This document shows, in pieces, positions 36,237-45,791 of a stretch of 64,000 nt of DNA (positions are counted from its first letter, which is position 1; every line of letters starts with the position of its first letter). A model generated the notes under the pieces. The model had not been told where the DNA came from and made no database searches. It saw nothing but the letters and a program-made list of their open reading frames with translations. Position numbers and translations under genes: made by a program. Source of the stretch: Polyangiaceae bacterium. GTDB lineage: Bacteria > Myxococcota_A > Polyangia > Polyangiales > Polyangiaceae. The stretch lies in NCBI GenBank assembly GCA_050287085.1, contig JBNKBE010000012.1, forward strand, positions 64,001-128,000, given 5' to 3'.

Positions 36237-38534
36237 ATGCAACTCAATGAGCCTCAGCGGGAAGCCGCGCTCCACACGAGTGGTCCGCTCTTGGTCTTCG
36301 CTGGCGCTGGCAGCGGCAAAACACGCGTTATCACGTACCGCGTCGCCAACCTACTAGCCAATCACCGAGTTCCTCCCTACCGCATTCTCTGTGTCACCTT
36401 CACGAATAAGGCGGCCGGCGAGATGCGCGAGCGACTCGAAAAGCTCGCGGGCCCAGAGGTGGTGCGCGATCTGTGGGTAGGAACGTTTCACTCTGTTTGT
36501 TGCCGTCTCCTTCGGCGCTATCACGACGAGGTCGGTCTTGAACGCCACTTTGTCATCTATGATGACTCCGACCAAAAGGCGGTGGTCGCCCGTCTGATCA
36601 AGGACCGTGGTCTCGACGACCGGCTGTACCCCCCGAAGCGCGTGCTGGCGCGCATTCACGGGAAGAAGCAGGAAGGCGTGCGCCCGCGCGAAGTGAAGGA
36701 GGACAATATCTTCGACGCGGTACATGTCGAGCTATTCGAGGCCTATGAGGGCGCCCTCAAGCGCGCCAACGCCGTCGACTTCGACGACCTCATTCTGCAC
36801 GTCATGCGTATTGCCGAGGACACGACCAGCGCGGCTGGCCGGGAGCTGCGCGAACGCTTCGACTATCTTCTCGTCGACGAATTTCAGGATACGAACGGAG
36901 TGCAGTATCGGCTGATACGCGCCCTGGCCGCTCACTCGCAGAACTTGTGTGTCGTGGGAGACGACGACCAGTCCATCTACAGCTGGCGCGGCGCCGACAT
37001 CCGCAACATTCGCGGCTTCCAGCGAGACTTCCCGAGCGCTGCGGTGGTGAAGCTAGAGCAGAACTACCGCTCGAGCGCCAACATCGTCGCGGCTGCGCTG
37101 GGCGTCATCGAGCAATCCGAATCTCGCGAACCCAAAGCGTTGTGGACGGAACAGCCCGCGGGCGAAGACATCGTTGTTCGCGCCTGCCGCGACGAACGGG
37201 ACGAGGCACGCTACGTGGCAGAAACGGTCGCCAGCGAGGTCATAAGCGGCACGGCCGCCAACGAGATCGCTATCTTCTACCGGGTAAACGCTCAGTCCCG
37301 AGTGCTGGAAGAGGCGTTGCGAGCGCTTGCTGTCCCCTACCAAATCGTCGGCGGCATGCGCTTCTTCGACCGAGCTGAGGTGAAAGACGTCATGGCCTAC
37401 CTGCGCTTGGTCCAAAATCCACGCAGCGACGCGGATCTGGTGCGGGTCATCAACGTTCCTGCCCGAGGTATCGGGCAGAAGTCGGTGCAACGCTTGCTCG
37501 ACTTCGCCACCCAGCGCGGCACTTCCGCCTACGACGCCTTGCGCCCCGCGTTGCATGAAGGCGCCCTGGGTGCCGCCGCAAAGAAGCGGGTCTTGGCCTT
37601 TGTCGAGCTCGTCGACGAACTTCGTCGCTTGAGCTCAGAGCTTGGCCCCTCGGCGCTCGCCTCCGAGATCGTGGAACGGACGGACTATCGCAAGGCGCTG
37701 CGCGACGCCGATACCGCGGAGGCCGACGCCCGCCTCGAAAACATTGAAGAGCTATTGGGCTCGATCAAAGAATACGAGGCCGACTGCGAGGCCCACGAGC
37801 TACCCATCTCGCTGGACGGTTACCTGGAACGCGTCGCACTCGTTGCGGATATCGATCAGGTGGAGACGGGACCCAGCGTCCTGATGATGACCGTTCACAG
37901 TGCCAAAGGCCTGGAGTTTGATCGCGTATTTCTCACCGGGCTCGAGGAGGAGATATTTCCGTACCGCGGGGTGGACGGCGAAGCTCCCGACGAGCTCGAA
38001 GAGGAAAGGCGCCTCGCCTACGTCGCGATCACACGCGCCCGCAAGCGTCTGACGATCACCTACGCGGGCATGCGGCTGATCTTTGGACAGACACGCTACG
38101 GCGCGCCGAGTCGCTTCTTGGCAAATCTGCCGGAAGACACGATTTCACACACCGGCGGAGCGTTTGGCGGAGGACACCTCCGTTTCGGCTCGCGCGACTG
38201 GGACTCGCCGCGACACTCCCAGCCCTCCCGCTCCGCGCCGAGTCGCTTCGTTCCCGGCCGCGGCTACGTACATGGCGCCCCCCCCGCAGCGGAGGCGTCG
38301 CGCGCGCGCTCGCTCTCCCCAGCGAAGCCGCCGGAGGGCGAACGTCATATCGACTATGAAGCTTATGACGACATCCCCCAGGCGCAGCAGGTCAAGGGCA
38401 AACGAGTATTTCATCAGCGCTTCGGGCGCGGCATCGTGCAGCGAGTCGAACCCGGGATCCCCCCCCAAGTCGTGGCGCGTTTCCCTGGCTTCGGCGAGCG
38501 CAAGGTGCTCGCCTCCTATCTCCGCTTCGAGTAG
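36237..38534 (+). CDS. uvrD: ATP-dependent DNA helicase UvrD/PcrA
   Basis: LNEPQREA, AGAGSGKT, TFTNKAA, LVDEFQDTN, VGDDDQSIY, LEQNYRS, TVHSAKGLEF, EEERRLAYVAITRA; Tudor-like C-terminal domain. Confidence 0.96.
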   Translation: MQLNEPQREAALHTSGPLLVFAGAGSGKTRVITYRVANLLANHRVPPYRILCVTFTNKAAGEMRERLEKLAGPEVVRDLWVGTFHSVCCRLLRRYHDEVGLERHFVIYDDSDQKAVVARLIKDRGLDDRLYPPKRVLARIHGKKQEGVRPREVKEDNIFDAVHVELFEAYEGALKRANAVDFDDLILHVMRIAEDTTSAAGRELRERFDYLLVDEFQDTNGVQYRLIRALAAHSQNLCVVGDDDQSIYSWRGADIRNIRGFQRDFPSAAVVKLEQNYRSSANIVAAALGVIEQSESREPKALWTEQPAGEDIVVRACRDERDEARYVAETVASEVISGTAANEIAIFYRVNAQSRVLEEALRALAVPYQIVGGMRFFDRAEVKDVMAYLRLVQNPRSDADLVRVINVPARGIGQKSVQRLLDFATQRGTSAYDALRPALHEGALGAAAKKRVLAFVELVDELRRLSSELGPSALASEIVERTDYRKALRDADTAEADARLENIEELLGSIKEYEADCEAHELPISLDGYLERVALVADIDQVETGPSVLMMTVHSAKGLEFDRVFLTGLEEEIFPYRGVDGEAPDELEEERRLAYVAITRARKRLTITYAGMRLIFGQTRYGAPSRFLANLPEDTISHTGGAFGGGHLRFGSRDWDSPRHSQPSRSAPSRFVPGRGYVHGAPPAAEASRARSLSPAKPPEGERHIDYEAYDDIPQAQQVKGKRVFHQRFGRGIVQRVEPGIPPQVVARFPGFGERKVLASYLRFE

Positions 38535-38545
38535 AAGCAACGAGC

Positions 38546-38860
38546 ATGAACAAGCGACTGCAGATGTTGGAACAGCTGGCAGCTAGCGACAGCGCCGATG
38601 CGTTCACGCTCTACGGGCTCGCCATGGAATACCGGCGCGAAGGGCGCTCAGCGGACGGCTTGAGCGCCTTTGAGCGACTGAGAGATCAGTTTCCTAACTA
38701 CCTTCCGACCTATCTGATGGCCGCCCAGCTGCTGTGCGAACTGGATCAACCCAAGTCCGCGAGCGTATGGCTGAAAGAAGGCATTGCTTTGGCGCAGTCA
38801 GCCGGCGACAGCAAAACACTCGGTGAGCTTGAAGAGCTCCTCGCGACGCTGGATCAATAG
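38546..38860 (+). CDS. Small TPR protein
   Basis: D.FTLYGLAMEY, P.YLPTYLMAAQ helical repeats; directly follows uvrD. Confidence 0.8.
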   Translation: MNKRLQMLEQLAASDSADAFTLYGLAMEYRREGRSADGLSAFERLRDQFPNYLPTYLMAAQLLCELDQPKSASVWLKEGIALAQSAGDSKTLGELEELLATLDQ

Positions 38861-38870
38861 GACGCCACCA

Positions 38871-40025
38871 TTGGCCAGCCTGGGTCGAAAGGCAGCAACG
38901 TGGGGGGTCGGCTTCGCGGCAATCTGCGTCGCTTGGAGCATTGGAGTGCTGGTGCTGGCGCCCCGTGCAACGTCCAGCGCTTATGTCGCCGAAGCGTCGT
39001 CTTTGCGCCAGCCGGGGGAGTCCCCGCAGCTGCGCGTGCTGCTGATCGGTGATGCCGGCGGATTGGACCACGCGTCGCCCCTGATTGCGCTCGCCGAGGA
39101 GCGCGCCCAGCTCGCTCCCGAGCGCACGCTGGTGGTCTTCTTGGGAGACAACATCTACCCCGCCGGGTTGCCTCCGTTGGGAGCTCCGGACCGAGCTCGA
39201 GCCGAAGCGCGACTCCGTCGCCAGTTTAGCGGCCTCAAGAAGCTAGGGGCGGAACTCCTATTCCTGCCCGGAAACCACGACTGGGCCAACTCGGGACCCG
39301 ATGGGGCCGACGCCGTGCGGCGTCAGCAGGCCTTCCTCTTGGCAAGAGGAGTCGAGTTCCAGCCGCGCGACGCGCTCCCCGGTCCGCTGTGCCGCGACTA
39401 CCCCGGCCTCCGTCTGCTTGCGCTCGATACACAGTGGTGGCTGCACGGCGGTCCCAAGCCCGCCGCGGACGAGGCTCGCGTGTGGGAGGCGATTCAGGCG
39501 TGCGTACGCGACGCCCCAACCCCCGTGCTCCTGACCACTCACCACCCGCCGCGAAGCTACGGGGCCCACGGTGGACGCTTCACCTGGACCGACCATCTAC
39601 TTCCCTTGCGAAGGCGAAAGGGGTTCTTGGGCCTGCTCCCAACACCGCTGCTCGGCTCGGCCTACGTGGGTCTGCGTAGCCTTAGACCAAGCGCGCAAGA
39701 TCAAGCGCACCCCCGCTACCAAGAGCTCCTATCCGGGCTCGGCGCAGCGCTGGCTCAGCACCCTCCACGCCTGTGGGCGGCAGGGCACGAACACAACCTA
39801 CTGCTCGACCGCGGCGGTAGCAGCGCATCCTGGCTACTGGTCAGCGGGTCAGGATCCTCGGCCACCGCAACCACTCATGGCGCCGATACCCTATTTGCCC
39901 AGTCCGCCCGAGGACTGGCGGAGCTCGAGGTGTTTGGGCCGCGTTGGACCCTCACGATCCATGCCCTCGCCGACGGCAAACGGACGCTCTGGTCGCACCC
40001 GCTGACCGCCCCTAGCGCCCAATGA
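38871..40025 (+). CDS. Calcineurin-like metallophosphoesterase, exported or membrane-anchored
   Basis: IGDAG, LGDNIY, PGNHDW, THHP, AGHEH; N-terminal hydrophobic segment; start approximate. Confidence 0.88.
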   Translation: MASLGRKAATWGVGFAAICVAWSIGVLVLAPRATSSAYVAEASSLRQPGESPQLRVLLIGDAGGLDHASPLIALAEERAQLAPERTLVVFLGDNIYPAGLPPLGAPDRARAEARLRRQFSGLKKLGAELLFLPGNHDWANSGPDGADAVRRQQAFLLARGVEFQPRDALPGPLCRDYPGLRLLALDTQWWLHGGPKPAADEARVWEAIQACVRDAPTPVLLTTHHPPRSYGAHGGRFTWTDHLLPLRRRKGFLGLLPTPLLGSAYVGLRSLRPSAQDQAHPRYQELLSGLGAALAQHPPRLWAAGHEHNLLLDRGGSSASWLLVSGSGSSATATTHGADTLFAQSARGLAELEVFGPRWTLTIHALADGKRTLWSHPLTAPSAQ

Positions 40026-40119
40026 CGCAAGTGCGCACCGGGCACGAGCCGGCGCCGGCGTGGCAAATCACCAGCGGACGCTGTCCCTGACGAAAGGGCT
40101 GTGATAGGCCGCTCGGAGT

Positions 40120-41082
40120 ATGGCCAAGGCTTCTCGCACGTTCTGGACGCTGGGCTGCGCGCTCGCAGGCTGGCTCTCTGCAGCGCAAGTGCAGGCAAGA
40201 ATCGTTGAACGGGTTATCGCTGTAGTCGGGGAACGCCCGCTGCTGCTGACGGAACTGCAAGCGCGCGCGCGACCATTCCTGCTCCAGCTGGAGACAGCAC
40301 CGCCGCAAGAACGCGCCGGGGCCACAGCCCAGCTCTACCGCTCGCTGCTCGATCGCATGATCGACGAAGAGCTGCTCCGGCGCGCCGCCGCCAAAGATCA
40401 CGTGACGGTGACCAGCGAGGAGGTGGATGCCGCCATCGAACGCGTTGCCAAGGGCAATCAGGTGACTCGCGAGCAGCTCCTGCAAGAAGTTGAGCGCTCG
40501 GGAGTGCCTCAGGGGGAGTACCGCAAAGAGCTCCAGCGACAGCTCCTGGATGCCAAGGTCATGAACCTGCGGCTACAAGGTCGTATTCGCGTGTCCGAGC
40601 AGGAAATGAAAGCGGCCTACGACAAGGTGGCCGCCGCTGAACACGCGGCCTTGCCCGTCAGAATCGCCGCGCTGCGCTTGCCCTGGCGGCCCGGGGACGA
40701 CGCCACGCGCCAGAAGCTGGTAGCGGTGGGTGAGCAAGCGCGCAACGGAGCTGATTTTCAAGCCCTCGTGCGCCAATACTCGGATGATCCGGCCGCCCGC
40801 GAAAGCGGCGGTGAGTTGCCCATGCTCCCCGCAAATCAGATGGCCGAGGAGCTGAGCGCTGCGGTCGCGGATCTCAGCCCCGGAGACGTCAGCGCTCCCA
40901 TCGAAAGTGGCGACGCGCTGGTGATCATCAAGCTGCTCGAACGCCAGGCATCGGAGATTCCGGAGTTCGAAGCGGTTCGCCCCCAGTTGGAGCAACGCGT
41001 CCAACTCCAAAAGATGGAAAAGGCACGAGCCAGCTGGCTCAAGAACCTGCGCAAGACGACCCACGTGGAGATTCGTTACTGA
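40120..41082 (+). CDS. surA: SurA-type periplasmic chaperone / parvulin PPIase
   Basis: Signal peptide; VERVIAVV SurA N-domain; F..L..QYSDD....SGGEL rotamase; LRKTTHVEIR end. Confidence 0.85.
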   Translation: MAKASRTFWTLGCALAGWLSAAQVQARIVERVIAVVGERPLLLTELQARARPFLLQLETAPPQERAGATAQLYRSLLDRMIDEELLRRAAAKDHVTVTSEEVDAAIERVAKGNQVTREQLLQEVERSGVPQGEYRKELQRQLLDAKVMNLRLQGRIRVSEQEMKAAYDKVAAAEHAALPVRIAALRLPWRPGDDATRQKLVAVGEQARNGADFQALVRQYSDDPAARESGGELPMLPANQMAEELSAAVADLSPGDVSAPIESGDALVIIKLLERQASEIPEFEAVRPQLEQRVQLQKMEKARASWLKNLRKTTHVEIRY

Positions 41083-41252
41083 TGGCGGGCCGGGCGGAGT
41101 CGCCGAGCCAGGATCGCTTCGCGCGAATCGCCGCGTCGATGTCGCAGTGACAAATTGGCAGCAATAGGGGCATCCCGCGCCAGCTTGTCGACGGCCCCGC
41201 CCCATGCAAAGCGCTCGCAGCCCAATAGCCGATAACACCCTCCAGTTGATAC

Positions 41253-41268
41253 TGGCACGCTACGTGCT
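41253..41268 (+). promoter_or_regulatory. Sigma54 (-24/-12) promoter
   Basis: TGGCACG-CTAC-GTGCT with exact GG-N10-GC spacing, 17 nt before ATG 41285. Confidence 0.7.
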
Positions 41269-41284
41269 CACTCACTAGGCTGCC

Positions 41285-42589
41285 ATGTCAATGAGGTTCG
41301 AACCACGCGCGCCTTTGCATAGGGTCTTGTGCTGGACTTGTGTTGTGCTCTCGGGGCTATTGATGCTCGCTGGGCCCGCTGCCGCTCAGACGATCTCTCA
41401 GATCAACACTCAAGATGACCGCATCATCACCTACGAGGCGGAGTCAACACTCCCGACGCGACGAGAAGGCAGCAACCGACTCACGCTGCGCAGCGCTGAA
41501 TGCCTCGCCGATGCGGAGCTCGTGGTGCATCTGCAGATCATGGCGCCCAACAGTAGCTACTTGCTGGAGGCCTGGGCCGGCTCGAGTGGCTCCTGCAACG
41601 AACGCGACGCACGTCTCAATGCCACTTTCGATCCCCCCCAATGCTGGAAACTGGCCAGCGAACAGAATAGCCAGACCGAACTCACGCTGCGACTCCCGGT
41701 CCGTCGCCTTCTGGCCCAAGAACAAGACGCCGCTTCGAAGGACTACAGCAGTGACATCTGCTACACGACCAGTGATCTGACCGTCACGCTGACGCTTCTG
41801 CACGTCAATGGTTCGAAAGACCCGGTAGGTACCGGGACCACCCTCACCATTCCAGTCAATACCCAGGGCCCTCCAACCCCTACCGGCGTCACCGCAGAAA
41901 CAGCTGACCGCTCGCTGGTCGTTTCCTGGGATGTAGCCGCCGGAAACAACGTCCAGACCTATGAGGTCTATTGCTTGCCTGCGGACGGTGTGACCTCACA
42001 ACAAGGAGCCGCACTCACGCTGGATGGTGGCGTGGGCGGCGCCGCAGCTGACGCCGCGGCCGACGCCGCCCCTCCGTCTGCGAACACCACCAACCCAGAA
42101 TCAAGCGCAAGCGGCGCGGGCTCTGGCGCCTCCGAAGCCACGCCCGACGCAGGAAGCGGTGCCGTGACGTCACCGGTGGTCACCACCAACGACACTGCCT
42201 GCGATATCTCCGATTACCTGGTCAACGGCGAACTTGTCCTCACCGAAGCGCAGCGCAAACAGTATCTGTGCAAGAGCGCGTCAGGGATTGCAGGCTCGGT
42301 ACGCACAGAAAAGGTGCTCACCAACAACCGTCGCTACGCGGTGGTTGTCGTAGGGCTGGACGAAAGCTTCAACGAAAGCGAATTGCAGCCCGGCGCCTGC
42401 GGCGTACCCGCAGACGTGGTCGAAGCCTTCGAGGTGTATGAGGCTATCGGCGGCGAAGGCGGAGGCGGCTATTTCAAGTGCTCAACGGCCGGCGTCGCAG
42501 CCAAAGCGCGCACTACCCCCGTCGCCAGCCTTCTGCTCGGTCTGCTACTGACCATGATGTGGATACGACGAGAAAGGAAGAGCGCGTGA
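41285..42589 (+). CDS. Cys-rich surface protein with FN3-like segment and MYXO-CTERM-like sorting tail (MXAN_2561-like)
   Basis: Signal peptide; PPTPTGVT...LVVSW...YEVY; tail GGGG..C + hydrophobic helix + RRERK. Confidence 0.75.
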   Translation: MSMRFEPRAPLHRVLCWTCVVLSGLLMLAGPAAAQTISQINTQDDRIITYEAESTLPTRREGSNRLTLRSAECLADAELVVHLQIMAPNSSYLLEAWAGSSGSCNERDARLNATFDPPQCWKLASEQNSQTELTLRLPVRRLLAQEQDAASKDYSSDICYTTSDLTVTLTLLHVNGSKDPVGTGTTLTIPVNTQGPPTPTGVTAETADRSLVVSWDVAAGNNVQTYEVYCLPADGVTSQQGAALTLDGGVGGAAADAAADAAPPSANTTNPESSASGAGSGASEATPDAGSGAVTSPVVTTNDTACDISDYLVNGELVLTEAQRKQYLCKSASGIAGSVRTEKVLTNNRRYAVVVVGLDESFNESELQPGACGVPADVVEAFEVYEAIGGEGGGGYFKCSTAGVAAKARTTPVASLLLGLLLTMMWIRRERKSA

Positions 42590-43464
42590 CGCAGCTCGAA
42601 ACCAATAGGCCTCCAGCTTGGCATTCGCCAAAGAAGAGACTCGGCCGCGGCGTCGTCGCAGCCAGTGCCCTTGCGTCGGGGCTGCTGCTCTGCCCACACG
42701 CTCGAGCGCAGGGAGTCGACGAGTTCGGAAGCTACGGCGAAAAGTCGCTTTCCAGTGCACAAGCCTGGGCCCTCGAGCTCCGCTTTGGGCGCTACGATCT
42801 GGACATCGGGAGCGAGTTCAACGGCGCAAGCGGGTTGTCGACGCGCGCGCGCAACAACCTCGGCAACGAAGCGGGCAGCGTGTTGAGCGAAACGGAGTTG
42901 GCCGATTTCGACAACACCTTCTTCGGTTCGAAACCACGCTACCAGATCGGGATCGAATACGACTGGCAGCCGCTACGGTTGAAGAACTATCTATCGTTTG
43001 GACCCGGTCTGAGCGTAGGCATGACGCAGTTTGACACCCGCTCGTTCACCCTCAGTGGGGAACGAAGCAAGCAGGACTCCTCGCTCAGCATCGTCCCACT
43101 GCACCTACTTGGTGTGCTCCGCGTGGACGCGCTTGCCAACAACACCGTCATTCCGCTGGTCCCTTACGGCAAGCTCGGCGTCGGCACAGCCTTCTGGTGG
43201 TTTGACGATGGCGTGGACACGGCAAAGGGCGCCAGCGGCAAAGCGGCCAAAGGAACGTCCTCTGGCCTGGTCTGGGCCCTGGGGCTAATGTTGCGCCTGG
43301 ACATGTTGGAGCCCACCTCCAGCGCCGACCTAGACGCAACCTACGGCATCAATCACAGTTATGTCTTCCTTGAATGGGTCGACAGTCAGCTCGACAACTT
43401 CGGAGGCAAGGCACTTCGGGTCGGCAGTAGCGCCTGGACGACAGGAATAGCCCTCGAATACTGA
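42586..43464 (+). CDS. Outer-membrane beta-barrel protein (MXAN_2562-like)
   Basis: GTGA overlap with the upstream stop; LELRFGRY, PLVPYGKLG...WW, LRLD.LEP....LD..YGINHSY.F.EW; terminal aromatic (ALEY). Confidence 0.75.
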   Translation: MTQLETNRPPAWHSPKKRLGRGVVAASALASGLLLCPHARAQGVDEFGSYGEKSLSSAQAWALELRFGRYDLDIGSEFNGASGLSTRARNNLGNEAGSVLSETELADFDNTFFGSKPRYQIGIEYDWQPLRLKNYLSFGPGLSVGMTQFDTRSFTLSGERSKQDSSLSIVPLHLLGVLRVDALANNTVIPLVPYGKLGVGTAFWWFDDGVDTAKGASGKAAKGTSSGLVWALGLMLRLDMLEPTSSADLDATYGINHSYVFLEWVDSQLDNFGGKALRVGSSAWTTGIALEY

Positions 43465-43485
43465 GCGGGCCTGCAGCCGCTCCCA

Positions 43486-43511
43486 GGGGCAGCGGTGGCT
43501 ACCGCGGCCCC
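43486..43511. terminator. GC-rich hairpin between convergent genes
   Basis: GGGGC-a-GCGGT-ggct-ACCGC-g-GCCCC between the barrel gene stop and the recA stop. Confidence 0.45.
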
Positions 43512-43522
43512 ATTGCCCCTAC

Positions 43523-44647
43523 CTAATTGGGTCGCTCGGCTCTTGCCTTTCCGGCAGCTCCGCCTCGTCCTTTGGCTGCGCCGTTGGGCACCTCAGCCCC
43601 CTCGGACTTTGCCGCGGGTTCTTCCACCTGAATCTTGGGGATGACGCCGTGATGCTCTAGTAGCTGCCGCTCAATCTGGGTGAGCAGCTCGGGACGACTT
43701 GCCAAATAGGCCCGTGCATTCTCTCGCCCCTGCCCTATGCGCTCACTGCCTATCGAATACCAGGCCCCACTCTTCGTGATGATCCCAGCGTCCGCGCCCA
43801 TATCCACCAGCTCCCCGGTGCGGCTGATCCCCTGACCATAAAGGATATCGAACTCAACCTCTTTGAAGGGCGCCGCCATCTTGTTCTTGACGACCTTGAT
43901 CCGAGTGCGATTCCCGATCACCACGGGTTCGCCGTTCTTGGTCTCCTTGAGCGCCCCAATCCGCCGAATGTCGAGTCGTTGCGAGGCGTAGAACTTCAAC
44001 GCATTGCCGCCGGTAGTGGTCTCGGGGCTACCAAACATGACACCGATCTTCATACGAATCTGATTGGTGAACATCAACACACACTTGGAACGGTTAACGC
44101 TACCGGTCAACTTGCGCAGCGCCTGACTCATCAAACGCGCCTGAAGTCCGACATGGGAATCCCCCATATCACCCTCGATTTCCGCTTTGGGAACCAGGGC
44201 TGCCACGGAGTCGACGACCACCATGTCAACAGCCCCCGACCGCACCAACATATCGGCGATTTCTAGCGCCTGCTCCCCGTGGTCAGGCTGACTGATGAGC
44301 AACTCTTCCGTTCTAACGCCGAGATGACGGGCGTAGGTTACGTCGAGAGCATGTTCCGCATCGATGAACGCCGCCACTCCACCCTGTTTCTGAACACCGG
44401 CAATGGCATGCAGCATCAGGGTGGTCTTCCCGCTCGACTCGGGACCGTAGATTTCAACGATGCGGCCGCGTGGATATCCGCCAATGCCGAGCCCGATATC
44501 CAAGCCCACGGAGCCGGTCGGCACCACGGGAATGTCACCGCCGATCTTTTCACCCTCCGCCAGACGCATGATCGCGCCCTTGCCAAATTCCTTCTCTACG
44601 CTGGCGATAGCGATGTCCAACGCGCGGGCCTTATTCTTGTCTTCCAT
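43523..44647 (-). CDS. recA: Recombinase RecA
   Basis: [56 protein letters not shown]. Confidence 0.99.
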   Translation of the reverse strand: MEDKNKARALDIAIASVEKEFGKGAIMRLAEGEKIGGDIPVVPTGSVGLDIGLGIGGYPRGRIVEIYGPESSGKTTLMLHAIAGVQKQGGVAAFIDAEHALDVTYARHLGVRTEELLISQPDHGEQALEIADMLVRSGAVDMVVVDSVAALVPKAEIEGDMGDSHVGLQARLMSQALRKLTGSVNRSKCVLMFTNQIRMKIGVMFGSPETTTGGNALKFYASQRLDIRRIGALKETKNGEPVVIGNRTRIKVVKNKMAAPFKEVEFDILYGQGISRTGELVDMGADAGIITKSGAWYSIGSERIGQGRENARAYLASRPELLTQIERQLLEHHGVIPKIQVEEPAAKSEGAEVPNGAAKGRGGAAGKARAERPN

Positions 44648-44713
44648 GACCTACTCCGATCCGCCATTTAGGGGCGGAAAGCCCCAGAAGCCAATGCTTC
44701 CGTTAGCTCAAAC

Positions 44714-44760
44714 CGATTCACTTGTTCAGTGTTTCTATCGGAGCACTGCTCGGATGTCAA
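44714..44760 (-). promoter_or_regulatory. Putative sigma70 promoter of recA with adjacent LexA-like half site
   Basis: Minus strand TTGACA-17 nt-TAGAAA, then CTGAACaagtGAATCG. Confidence 0.5.
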
Positions 44761-45132
44761 CTTCTGGGCGGAACCACAATGTCCGCCCCCTGCCCCTACG
44801 AGGGCCGTGCTCGCCACCCCGAAACCCCTGAATCGGTGGACGCAGCATAGAAAGAGCGGCTCTCGGCGGTGTTTCCGGGGCACGGCGTCAAGGACGCCAC
44901 AAAGCGTCCCGCATAGAAGCAGGGCTGCCAACAAGGAACGGACCGAAGACAGCCCTGCTGGACGCCTGCGGGCGGCAGGCGCCGAAGCGCCCATCCGGAG
45001 CGACGCAATCCACGGTGCTGAAGCCGCCAGCTGTCTGCCAGCGGAGCATCGCCCGTGTCGCTACGAGACATGCCCATCGGTGCCCCCGCCGTGAACTTCA
45101 GTCTAGTTGCGTGTAATCCGTTCTTACTAGAT

Positions 45133-45777
45133 ATGGCACCGTTGAGTAACAACTCTAGAGACTGGAGCGTGCGTGGCTTCTCGCTAGTCGAGCTGCTGAT
45201 CGTCATCGCCATTCTCGCGGTGCTGGGGACTCTCGCGGGGCATGGCGTTCGCCGCTACGCCGCGTCGGCGATGTCCGCGGAGGCGGTGAATTCCCTGGGA
45301 GCGATCGCGCGGGGCGTGGTCATGAACGCCAAGCCGCTCGTCGTTACGGATGAAGCAGTCAGCGGCAAGAGCGGCAAAAGCAAAGGCGGTGGTGCCACCG
45401 TCGTGCACAATTATTCCGGGGGCTTGTGCCCCGACGCGCAACCGGTTCCAGCAACTCTGGAGGCGGTCGCCGGGAAGAAGTACCAAGCGTCCCCGAGGGA
45501 CTTTGTCGACGACGGGTGGACGTGCATCGGATTCACGATGGAGATGCCCCAACGCTATCAGTATCACTATTATGTGGGAGGTCCCCCGGTGCAGGTCCAT
45601 CTGCCCCACGGCGGAAGTCCCGCCGGACTCGATCGCGAGCTTACCTGGACCGCTGGAGCGATCGGAGATCTGGACGGTGACGGCGACGAATCAAGTTTCT
45701 CCCTGAGCGGCTACCTGACGGACGACGGTATCGTCATAGCGGCCCCGGCCATCGAAACCGAATCGCCGTGGGAATGA
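45133..45777 (+). CDS. Type IV pilin-like protein
   Basis: Class III signal RG/FSLVELLIVIAILAVL with Glu5; SAEA; two Cys; GDLDGDG near the C-terminus. Confidence 0.88.
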   Translation: MAPLSNNSRDWSVRGFSLVELLIVIAILAVLGTLAGHGVRRYAASAMSAEAVNSLGAIARGVVMNAKPLVVTDEAVSGKSGKSKGGGATVVHNYSGGLCPDAQPVPATLEAVAGKKYQASPRDFVDDGWTCIGFTMEMPQRYQYHYYVGGPPVQVHLPHGGSPAGLDRELTWTAGAIGDLDGDGDESSFSLSGYLTDDGIVIAAPAIETESPWE

Positions 45778-45791
45778 GCGCTCGGCTGCGT

